A stretch of 63,239 nucleotides of DNA, counting the filler, from Reclinomonas americana ATCC 50394 (Eukaryota): NCBI GenBank assembly GCA_048213135.1. It is 7 parts of 7 records of this genome, joined end to end, with 100 filler letters (N's around TTAATTAATTAA, not from the genome) between each part and the next. Parts side by side here need not be neighbours in the genome. Positions count along the whole stretch, not along the records: positions 38,535 to 41,197 come from AFZH01017581.1; positions 41,298 to 53,246 come from AFZH01017582.1; 5 more parts are not named here. The stretch is one strand, 5' to 3'. Position 1 is the first letter of the stretch. The number at the start of each line of letters is the position of its first letter. Positions 38,901 through 49,960 of the stretch are shown here, piece after piece. A model generated the notes under the pieces. That model did not search any database. It was not told the origin of the DNA and worked only from the letters and a program-made list of their open reading frames with translations. Both the position numbers and the translations under genes were made by a program.

Positions 38901-39318
38901 CACCGCCTGACACAAATCGTCGGGAATCCCTGGCCAATCAACGAGTGAGAGAAGAGTGGAAGGGAAAGCGCGCCAACTGATCTTACCCAAAATTAATCTC
39001 TCTTCGCGTGTGCGTACGTGTGTGTGTGTGTGTGTGTGTGTTGGTGTGTGTCAGTGTGTGTGTGAGTGACTCACCATGCAACGAGTCATCCGCGACAAAG
39101 TGTTTTGCATGTCGACACACAAAGTCCAACACCAACGCGCGCAGACTGACACCACCACCACCAGCAGCACCAGCAACACCACTTCCCGCGCTTTCCACTA
39201 CTGTGTGCGAGGAGGCAGCAGCAGAGGAAGAGCCTTCGTCTTCATTGGTGAGGCCGACGACGCCGGGAGCGGCCGAGTCGGAGAAGAAGGCGCGACTGGC
39301 GTTGTGGTGGCCACTCAT
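35980..39318 (-). CDS. Leucine-rich repeat protein (RNI/cysteine-containing type), probably spanning the assembly gap at 38435-38534
   Basis: Many L..L.L..C..VTD repeats (LEYLNLRGCKMISPDGL, LETLNLSFCPNVTD). The segment SLRALVLDFVCRH...GIPDDLCQAVVDCL on the next contig fits this family's N-terminus. Confidence 0.85.
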
Positions 39319-40006
39319 ATGGGTGACAGTGGTGTATGCTCCCTCTCAGTCTGTGTTTGTGTGAAACTGACGACGGGCGAACGACGGAACGGAAGTCGTG
39401 CGACGTTGCAGTTGTCTTGCGCGTTTCTGCTGACTTGTGCTGTGTGTTGGTGTGTGCAGCCAGTGCAGTGGTGGCGACCGGTGCTTTCCTGTGTGCATGC
39501 GTGCACCACGACGTGAACACGCAGCTGCGACGTTCGACGTTTCTCGTCTCTTGCTGGTGTTGCATGCGCAGCTGAGGTCTTCTGGCACGTACAGTATCTG
39601 CATGCATATGCGCGCGAGTGGAGAGAGCTGTCGCAGCTGAGTAGAGTGAGCACTGCTTGCGACGTTGTTCCGATATCGATCCGCATCAGTTGCATTCTCC
39701 CTCCGTCGTGTCGCTTTGTGCTGAGACCACTGGCGCTGTCGCCGATTGGCTGAACACAGCACTGTATGCGCCTCCACTATAACCCGCACTGCAGCAAACA
39801 GCTTCCCTCTCAGCATGAACGCAAAGAAACGGCAATCCGTATACCCCGGTGTGCAAGCTATACAGTGATCATCGCAGCAGCTCGCAGCAGACCTCCATGC
39901 CGTCGCTTACCTGCCTCTCTCTTCCTCACACACTGCTGCAGCTTGATGATGTCGAATAGTTGTCCTCCTTCGCGATCAATCTCTCTCCTCCTCCTCCGCC
40001 GCCACC

Positions 40007-42040
40007 ATGTTGTTGCGCGGCCTCCTTCGCCGCTCTCCACTCCACCATTCCGCGTTCCCCTCTCCTCCTCCTCCTCTCCTCGCGCTCTCTCAACGACAGC
40101 ACAGTGTCCTCACATCGCAAGAATCGGTGACAACCAATGCAGGAGGTGGATTGCATTGTTGTTCTTATGCTCCTTCTACACTGTCTCACTCTCGCTTACA
40201 TGCATGCAGCTCAACCATCGGAACAAGAACTTCGTTGCATATTCAAAAGTTGACTGCTGTTGCTGCTCTGCGTTTCCTTTCGTCACTGCGTTTACATAAC
40301 AACAACGCGCGCAGAGTGGTTGCGGCCATTGGAGGACTCTTGGAAGAGAAGCACTGCTCGCATACTCGACGCTGTCGCCACGCCGGTGCTGGAGTGGGCC
40401 GCTACTGATGGACGGCATATCCTTGCCGACCTCGCCGATCCAGCGACTCTCTCCTCAGCCATGACCAGCAAAACCATTGCCATGGCCGACGGGCAAGAGG
40501 TCACACTCTCTCTGCCGCGTCGCGTTCACATGGGCGCCGCCGCCTCTGCCGATGACGACGAGGCGCCAGACTTGCGTCTCCTTGCTGGCGATCGTGGTGA
40601 CCCTGCTGCTGTGTCAGCCGCCGCCAGGGCCGTGCTGCGGAAGGCGTATGGTGGCGAAGTGACAGTGTTGGCGACGGTGAGTGGTGCCGGCAAGACCAAG
40701 TGCATCTTTGATGTGCTGCGTCTACGCTACGGCATCTTCCTGGACATGAGCAGTGGTGGCAGCATGGGCAGGGTGGACCGTGGAGTGCAGGATACGCTCG
40801 AGGCGATGTATGCGCTTGGAGACCGCTTTGTCAACGATGCGGGGTACCTGGAGCATGCCTGCAAGAACGAATTTGCGCTCCTCGTCGCTGCTCGCCTGAC
40901 GACGATGCTGGTGCTGCACGGTAGCGGTGTTCTCAAGAGCCCCGAGCACTGGTTGATGCTGCAGCTGCACGGTGGCGTGACTGACGGCGAGTTGACGGGC
41001 AAGATCGTCGCCGTACTGCGCAGCCTGATGCCTCACCCTCTCGGCACCACCAGTCACCTGTTGACGGTCAGCGGTTGCACCATGACGGCCGGCGAGTACC
41101 CCATTGTGGTAGTCGATGAGGCCGGTACCCTACTGCGTGTGCTGGAGAATCGCTTCACGGACAAGTATGTTGAGCTCTCTTCGTCGACTCCCTCTCCNNN
41201 NNNNNNNNNNNNNNNNNNNNNNNNNNNNNNNNNNNNNNNNNTTAATTAATTAANNNNNNNNNNNNNNNNNNNNNNNNNNNNNNNNNNNNNNNNNNNNTTC
41301 GCAACTCGGAGGCATCGTCGGCGTCGGAGACGATGTGCCACCTGCTGACCAACGTGGCGCCGCCGCCGAAGCGACCGGTGATTTGGGATCTGCGCGATGC
41401 CAGCACTCTTGCCCGCACAGTGGCACTGGCTCACGCCGTCCTGGACGACGTATTCGGCACCGGCGAGGGCGACCGTGCCGCCATTCCGTCTGTCAAGTCG
41501 ACCGCCGTTGACTTTGTGCGGCTGTGCGTGGAGACGGCGCGTGCGGAGCAGAGTACGGGTGGCGCAACATCGGGGCTTGTGTGGCAACGCAAGCCGTATG
41601 TCGCGCTGCTGCCGAGTGGTCCCGACGTGGTGGCGTGCCTTCCACTGCGTGATGATCCGTGCAAGTTCATTCTCTTGCTCGTCGGGTGCAAGACGAGGAG
41701 CGGCAATCGCGCCGTGACTGAGGACAACACCGCGATGACGGACTCTCGGCAGCATGGCGTGGCTCGTGCACTGGTGGAGCAGCTGTCTTCGCAGGGCGCA
41801 CTGGCGGCGGTGGTGCGCGTGCACGTGCGTCTCACGTTGCCCACCGCTGGTGATGATGCTGGCACTCTGTTGGTGCGCTGCTGGCCGACGTCCCTGTCAC
41901 ACTCGGTGATCATGACTCACTGTCGCACGCAGATTGGTATCCTTCCCGACTCTGGCGTCCCGGAGCTGCTTGTCAACCTCGACAGCACCAACCTCTCTGT
42001 GCTCGGCATCTCTACCGATGGCACAATGGACGCGATTTGA
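40007..42040 (+). CDS. Crinkler-related P-loop NTPase with a C-terminal restriction-endonuclease-like domain and an N-terminal mitochondrial-type presequence; spans the gap at 41198-41297
   Basis: Walker A VSGAGKT followed by IFDVLRLRYGIFL; Walker B IVVVDEA; C-terminal SGPDVV...FILLLVGCK; GCCGCCACC-ATG start encoding MLLRGLLRRSPLHHS. Confidence 0.7.
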
Positions 42041-42386
42041 CCACGTTAGGTGTGAGGTGGCGATATCGATGGTGGTGGAACAATTCGAGCAGCAGCAGTG
42101 TTTTCATGTGTTGCTCTGTTCGCAGGTCATCCCCGCCATGCGAGCGTACTAGCGTATGCATGCCCGTGCATGAGAACGCAGCAGTAAATGGACGCAGTCT
42201 TCGCATGTGAGAACCGCATGAACCTCCTATGTAATCGGAATAGAAACTGCAATATCCGCGCATGCATTCGCTCCCCTCACCTCTCGACGTCGCCTGCTTT
42301 GTGTTTGCACGCACTACCCCACTTGCATTGCCGCCTTCAACCTTCACTCAGTGTCCTGCTCGATTTCTCAGCGATCGACTGCGACA

Positions 42387-45300
42387 ATGGTGTTGCAGTT
42401 GTCGCGCATGCTTGCGCGACACCGACTGCGTGCACACATGAGCACACAGGCAGCAGCAAGTGGGCTTGATCGTCCATACAACCCAGTTGCACCTCTCTCT
42501 CTCTCTCTGTGCACAGTCACACTTGTCTTCTCATCTGCAATGCATGCAGGTGGAGGTGGAGAGCAAGTGGTTGCGCTGGTGGAACGACCATGGTCAGATG
42601 CAAGTCTCTTTGTCTCTCTTTTGTCTCTGTCTCTTCTCTCTCACACACTGCTCTGTGTCACAGGTCTGTTGTCGTCGACTGTTGCCGCGAGTGAGCAGAA
42701 GAGTCCTCCGTTCACTGTGCTCTTGCCACCTCCCAATGTCACCGGTCGCTTGCACATTGGGCATGCGTTGACTGTGGCCATTGAGGTTGGTCTTGCAGCA
42801 GTCGGGCCGGTTGCAAGTCTGCATTCGTATACTTGTCTTCCAGTCTCATTGTCCGTCTGTGTACTTGTCTCTCAGTTTGTATGCTCCCCCCCTTGTCTGC
42901 CTTCCAAGCAGTCAGACTCCTTCTCATCTGTCCGGCTTGTTGGTTGGATGCATCTCTGCTTCCCTCCGTCTGCTTGTCAACCAGGCTCTTTCTCTGCCTC
43001 CCTGTGAGCCTGCATGTCTCTCTCACGACTCCACTCTCTTCTCTCCCTCTTCTATCGTCTTCCCAGGACGCCATGATTCGCTACCATCGCATGAACGGCC
43101 ACAGCATCCGCTGGACGCCAGGCACAGACCACGCCGGCATCGCCACGCAGGTCATGGTGGAGAAAAAGCTGATGGCGGAGCAGAAAGTGCGTCAATGAAC
43201 TCGTGCCGACAAAGCCGCAGCGCACTCACGGCTGATGCAGCTCACTCGCCACGATGTCGGCCGACGCGAGTTCGTCAAGCTCGTGCAGCAGTACAGCGAC
43301 GACAATGGGAGTGCCATTCGGGAGCAAGTGGTGGGTGGGCTGAATGCTCCCTCTATCTCTCTCTCTTTTCAGCCTCATCTCTCACCGCAGTCACGTATGG
43401 GCGCCACCATGGACTGGAACGAGGCCTTCTTCACACTGGATCAGCCGCGCAGTGCAGCCGTGACCGAGGCATTTGTGCAGCTCTTTGATCGCGGCTTGCT
43501 CTACCGAGACACGCGGGTGGTCAACTGGTGCCCGGCGTTGCGCACGGCCATTTCCGACATTGAGGTCGACTGGGAGGAGGTGACGGCACCGCGTCGCTTG
43601 GCTGTGCCGGGTCGTCCACGCAAGTACGAGTTCGGATGGCTCTACGATGTGGTGTACCCCCTCGATCCCTCGTGTGCGCCTGGTCGCGGCATTCCCGTCT
43701 CCACCACGCGACCAGAGACGATTCCCGGTGACACGGGCCTGGCCGTGCATCCCGACGATCCGCGCTACCAAGTGAGCCACCCGTCCGTCCATTCCTCGCA
43801 CTCTACACCACCACCACCACTCTTACCCTGTCTTCGCATCACGCAGCACCTGATCGGCCAACATGCATACAATCCCGTCACCGGCCGCAAGGTGCCGATT
43901 GTCGCCGACGCACAGCTGGTCGACCCCAAATTCGGCTCGGGCGTTGTCAAGGTGTGCACACTTGTTGGCACCTGCACGTGTGCCTTTTGTGCAGGCTCTC
44001 ACATGAGGGTGGCCTCGAATGCGCAGTTGACGCCGGCACATTCGTTCGAGGACTACGACTGTGGACGCCGGCACGGTCTGCAAATGCTCTCCATTTTCGA
44101 CGAGTCGGGCTTTGTCACCCAACAGGCGGGCTCACAACTCAAGGTTTTGTCTCCTCTCACATTGCACCCTCTCGTGCCTTTCTTCACCTGATTGTGCTTT
44201 TTTTCTTCTTCGTGATAGGGCATGCACCGGCTGGACGCGCGCGAAAAAGTCATTGAGATGCTGAAAGACAAGGGCTTGTACATCGGTCGCTCGCCCAATT
44301 CGATGCGTGTGGCACTCTGTTCGCGTTCCGGTGATGTGCTGGAACCTATGCTTGTGCCGCAATGGTATGTCGGGTATGCTGACGGTGATGAAAGCGAAGC
44401 GTGAAGGTGGCTCAACGAGAGTGCCTTGCAGGTATCTGCGAGGTGACAAGCTGGGAGCGAAAGCGGCCGAGTTGGTGCGCTCTGGAACCGTGCAAGTCAC
44501 TCCTCCCGAGTACAAGGAAACCTGGCTGCAGTGGATGGGTGCGTGTGTGTGTACGTCAGTGATATGAATGTGAGTGAGTGGAGTTGCTAACGACCCGCCA
44601 GACAACATCCACGACTGGTGCATCTCCCGTCAGCTGTGGTGGGGTCATCGCATCCCCGCCTTCCGTGTCGTACAAGAGGGAGAGGAGGACAGTGGACTGC
44701 CGGTGTCGTTGGAGGCAGAGCAGTGGGTGGTCGGGCGCACCGAAGCGGAGGCACTGGAGCGTGCGCGCGCCAAATTCGGCGACAATGTCAAGCTGAAGCA
44801 AGACGACGACGTGCTGGACACGTGGTTTTCGTCTGGCCTTCTGCCACTCTCTATCAATGGGTGGCCCGGACCCGTGGATGCATCGGTGCGTGCGCAACGC
44901 CTCCTTGCTGCCCTTCCCCTCTCCATCTCTCTCTCTCTTTCCCACTCCCTCTCTCTGACTGCTGGTGGCAGTCGTATCCGCTGACGGTGATGGAGACGGG
45001 CGCCGATATTTTGTTCTTCTGGGTGGGTCGCATGGCCATGTTGTGCACCGAGCTCCATCCGCAGTCCGTGCCGCCGTTCAGGACCATTGTGTTGCACTCC
45101 ATGGTTGGTTGGCGGGCGCACGGCAATCGAGCAGAGGTCACTCAGCTCACCATCGCCCACCAACGCAGGTGCGTGACGCGCAAGGACGCAAGATGAGCAA
45201 GAGTCGCGGCAATGTCATTGATCCCATGGACGTCATCAATGGAGTGACACCGGCCAAGATGCGACAGACGCTGGCCTCCAGCTTCCTGCCCAAGGAGGAG

Positions 45301-47028
45301 GTTGAGAGGTCATTTACTGCAGCTGTCGACACTGATAATCAAGTGTGTGTGTGTGTACATGCTTACCTCTCGATGCAGATCGTTTGCGCAGTTCCAGCGC
45401 GACTTTCCCAACGGCATCCCTGCGTGCGGTGCCGACACGTTGCGATTCACGCTGCTCGGTTACACTCGGCAAGTGCGTGCAGATAAGAAGATCTTGCATT
45501 CCTGTGTTGGTGTGCTGTTGACTGCTGGTGGCCTGCAGGCGCGTCAAATCAACATGAGTCTGGCTCGACTGGTCGCCGACTTGCACTTCTGCAATAAGAT
45601 GTGGCAGGCTGCGCGCTTTGTCAACATGCACAACTCCTCCAATGTGAGCTGGTACGCCTACTCGCCGGTGGTGTGTGCACAGACAGAAAGCGTGTGGAAC
45701 TCGGCACGCATGTCACAGTCGCGTGCTCATTAGTGTGTGTTTGTTTAATCGCGCAATGGCCGCACAACAGCTCACACTCGCCGCGCACAGACTGCAGACG
45801 GCCGACTGGTGGATCTTGCATCGCCTGACCGTCGCTGCGCAGGCGATGGACACGGCGCTGTCAAAGTACGAGTTTGGCGACGCCGTCGACGCCTTCCACG
45901 GCTTCTTCCTCGGTGAATTCTGCGATGTGTATCTCGAGTTTGTCAAGCCGGCACTGTACGGAGCCGAGGTGCGTTGTAAGTTCCCTCACTTGCTTTCCGT
46001 CTCTCTCTCCCAAAGTTAACACACCTGTTTTTTTGCCTCTCGCCAGCCACTGCGTAAGCAGACGGCACTGGACACGCTGAACACGTGTCTGGACCTGGCC
46101 CTCCGCCTTGTGCATCCCATCATGCCGTTCTTGTCCGAGGTGAGTCAGCAGCGCAGCAGCGCAGATGTCGTGTACTGATCGTGGCTCCGGCAGGAACTGT
46201 TCTCCCACCTCCCACCGTCGCCGTCCAAGCCCGCGGCTCTGATTGTGGCGCGATTCCCGAGCCCGTCACTGCTGGCGCCCGTGGCCGCAGCCGCGGAGCA
46301 AGTTGATGCGGTGCGATCGATGGAGACGCTGAACCGCGTGGTGCACGGAGTGCGCTCGCTGCGCGGCACCTCGACCAACGCGTCGTTGTTCCTGCCCAAG
46401 CTCGTGGTCCTGGTGACCGACAAGGTGCAGCCGGAGGCGGTGGCATCGCTGCTGGAATCGTACAGAGCCGAGCTCTGCCGCCTGTGTCACGTGACGGAGA
46501 TGACTGTGAGCAGCGATCCGAGTGTGTTTGACAAGGTTTGCTTGGCTAACTGGAGTGTGGGTGAGTGTGTGTGAGAGAGTTTCACTTGTCCGTTTCGCAT
46601 CGAAAGGCCTTTGCCGTGCAAGTGGCGTCGCCCGAGTGCTCTGTCGGTATCCCCGTCGACCGCACCAAGGTCGCCGATGACATTGCACGTCTGCGCAACA
46701 AGGTGTGTGTCGTGTGTGTGTGAGTGAGGTGCTGTCTTTTCACCGGCGCATGGTGTTGAATGGCGGTTGCAGATTGCGAAAATCGAGGCGCAGCGAGGCA
46801 AGTCGGCGCAGCTGTTGCGGAATCCAGAGTTCATGCTGTCGGCGCCAGCAGACGTGGTGGCCAAGCATCGGTTTGCGCACTCTTTCAGTCGTGTGATCTC
46901 CTCCGACTCTCAATTTTCCACCCTCCATTCATTCATGCGCACGTTCGCACAGGGAAACGGTGGCGGGGCACGATGCTGCGATCGCCACACTGCAGAGCAG
47001 CATCGATCGGTTGCAGGAAATGCAATGA
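42387..47028 (+). CDS. VARS2: Valyl-tRNA synthetase, mitochondrial-type precursor
   Basis: [63 protein letters not shown]; presequence [20 protein letters not shown]. Confidence 0.96.
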
Positions 47029-47976
47029 AGCTTGTCCACATGTACACCTGGCGAACATGGACCAATAATTTGGTTTATTGATCCATTGATTGCATCGTCG
47101 TCCTAACCTGCGAAAATCGTCGTCGTTTCGCAACCCACTCATTGTGTGGTGTGCATATGCATGGCGCTGCTGCTTCTGCCCTTGAGGTACGTTGACGCTC
47201 GATCGTGCAGAATTGTAGTATGGTTGTCACGAACAAACCGCCCTTTTTCCTTCTAGTCGTCTCACCAGCTTGTGCAGCGGGTACTTCACACAGCCTTGCG
47301 GGCGTCCTTCAACATCAAGGTGAGGCTATGTACACCGAGATGCCGGCGATTGGCTGCGCGGCACGAAACGGAGCACCGCTGGTGTCGAATATTTTCTATA
47401 TTTTGCTCACACATCGTGCAGGCGACTGCAGCTGCTCACGCGGAGCGGCGCATCCGCCTGTACACGACCTGCTTCACTAGCACCAGAAAGGGTGTTGGCG
47501 GTGGCCGCTCCGGCGGCTCTTGGCGACACGATGGAAATTGCAGTGTGAACAAGTGACCCGCCAGAGGACAGCGTGATCGAGACACTGCCTTCCATTTTCG
47601 ACCGTCGATCTTGCGTTTGCGAAAGCCCGGTGTTGGCGCGCGTGTGTGTGTGAATCATATTTATCCCATTGTGCGCGATCAGGAGAGCGGTGGCGACGCG
47701 GTCGTCGCGATCACAGCACTTGTCGCCGACAGGGCGGCGGCACGGAGGAGCGAAATTTTGTCGGAGGTTCGTAGTTTTCCTTCGCACCGCTCGTCGCGCA
47801 GAGAGTGTTGCATGTGCGGTCGTGGTGGTGGTGGCAGGCAGTGTGACATTCGCGCGCCGCCGCACTCTCCTCCCATGCAGGCGGTCACATCTGTCGTGGA
47901 AGCGGTGTTCCTGTTGTTTTCTCTCTCGAGTTCCCGATTGCACCCACCACCAAGATCGCGACGAGACACAACTCCC

Positions 47977-49852
47977 ATGGACGACGATCCGCGATCGACC
48001 GCGCATCGGCTGCTGCAGGTGCTACTGCTGCGCGACGACAGCGACGACGAGGTGCGTTGGGTCGCCTGTTTTCCGCGGCGGACAGCTCGTGTTCTTCTCT
48101 CGCCCACACTCATCTTTGTGGCCATCTCCCGCCCGAAATCCAGGTGCTCTTTTGCGACGAAGACGCCAGCGACGAGGACGTTGCGCGGGCACTCAGCAGA
48201 GCGTGCTCTCTGGCACCAGCCCTCCCATTGCGGATTCGCGTGCTGGAGTTGAATTGTTGCGTGAGACGTGTTGTGCGTGCTGTGCGAAGATTGCTTGGAT
48301 GCCGGCGTGATCGGACACCCAATTCTGATTTATATGCGTGATGGCCGTTTCCTATTAGTGAATCGAGTGGCATCGCAGGGTGCGAGTGTCATTGCCGAGC
48401 ACCTGCCACGCCTGCAATACCTAGCATTGGGAGGTTTGTACAAACGCCGTGATATATATCGCCGCCGCCGTGGAAACGGAGGAATGGTCCTCTTTTTCGA
48501 ATTCTCACTCACACGCGCATGGATATTGGCACAGACAATCGACTCGGTGTCGCCGGCATGCTCGCGCTGTCGTCCATGTCAAACTTGACGGAGTTAAATG
48601 TGGCAGGTGGAGTGTGTGTGTGTGCGTGTCGGGAGAAGAAGTTTGAGTATCATTGCCTCATTTCGAGTACTGAACATGTCCTGTGTGTGGCTTGCGTGTT
48701 TTTTGATTGCCGCAGGAAACGAATTGGGAGTGGAGGGTGTGATGTGCTTAACGCTGGCAGCATTCGCCCCCACACTGCGTCGCTTGTGGGTCGATGGTGC
48801 GTGAGGCGTGTACGGAGCATGCTTTCCTTTTTCCCAATTTGGCTAAGTTGGTGTTTGGGTTGGGACAGCTAATAATGCGGGTGACGAGGGTCTGTGCATG
48901 ATTGCGGAGCGTATGCCACAGCTCCGCACCCTACACGCCAGTGGTGAGCGGTGTCGCGAGGACGCACTCGAGTGAATGTGTGACTGACCTCGCGAAATCG
49001 ATATTGCAGCCAATGGCGTGTGCGGCGTGCATGCTGTATCGCTTCTCGTGCGCCGCCTGCACCGCCTTGAGACCCTCGATCTAACAGGTGTGTCCCGTCA
49101 ATGCGGCGCACAAAAAAAAACTCGGAATACAGGAATTTGTGAATCTCTAACAACCCCCCACCACCCTCTTTTTTTGTCTCCCGTCGCAGATAATCCGCTG
49201 GAGGAGGAGGCGGTGAGAGCCATTGGCGATGCCGTGGCCGAGAATCCGCGTAGCGACTTTCTTAGTGGCCTGCAGCTCGACGGCAACCTCCATGTGCATC
49301 ACCAGCAGCGATCGTCACCGCCGATGATGCTGTCGGCGTCGTGGTCGCCTATTGCCACCGCCAGCGATGCCGTTGTCGCCTTGGATTCTCTGTTGCCTGG
49401 CCCGGGTACGTACGTGTGTATTGAATTGCGTGCGCAGCCGTGCGTGTCCGCTTCCACTCGAAAACACATGTGGCTGATCGCTGCGTTGCGCTGCACTTGC
49501 GTGGTTGATGATGACAGATTCACTGCTCTCCAATTATGTGATTCCACCGGAACACGACATGCGAGGTGTCGATCGCCTGCGGTATCTGCAGGGCGTGTCG
49601 CTGGCGTGTGAACTGGATGCCATTGTGAAGGCGGAGGATGCTGTGGAGCAAATGGACAAGGAACGAGAGGCGAATGTCACCGGATCCTTGTCGCTGGTGC
49701 TGCACTGTCAACGGGTGCTGCGTCTGGAGACAACTCGCCTCTGGCACCTCGTGTGTGTACACTACGATTTTTCACCACACGAGGAGCTCGGCGGCGAGCG
49801 TAGAAGAGGAGTGGTGGTGGTGCAGGAGGAAGAAGAAGAAGAATGTCCCTGA
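47977..49852 (+). CDS. Leucine-rich repeat (RNI-like) protein, multi-exon
   Basis: LPRLQYLALG|DNRLG, LTELNVA|GNELGVEG, LETLDLT|DNPLEEEA, LSGLQLDGN repeats. Confidence 0.8.
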
Positions 49853-49960
49853 CAGTCCTCGCTGTTGTGCTTTTAGTGTTGTTTGTTTATTGTGTTGTTG
49901 TTGTTGTTTTCTCTTGTTTATCAAATACAGGACCCATTTTTACTCATATAGTGCGTCTCT

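Noticed and set aside
14352..47028. Possible alternative genetic code or stop readthrough to explain fragmented ORFs
   Set aside because: In-frame stops in conserved genes fall inside introns, and TAG, TAA and TGA each end a gene.
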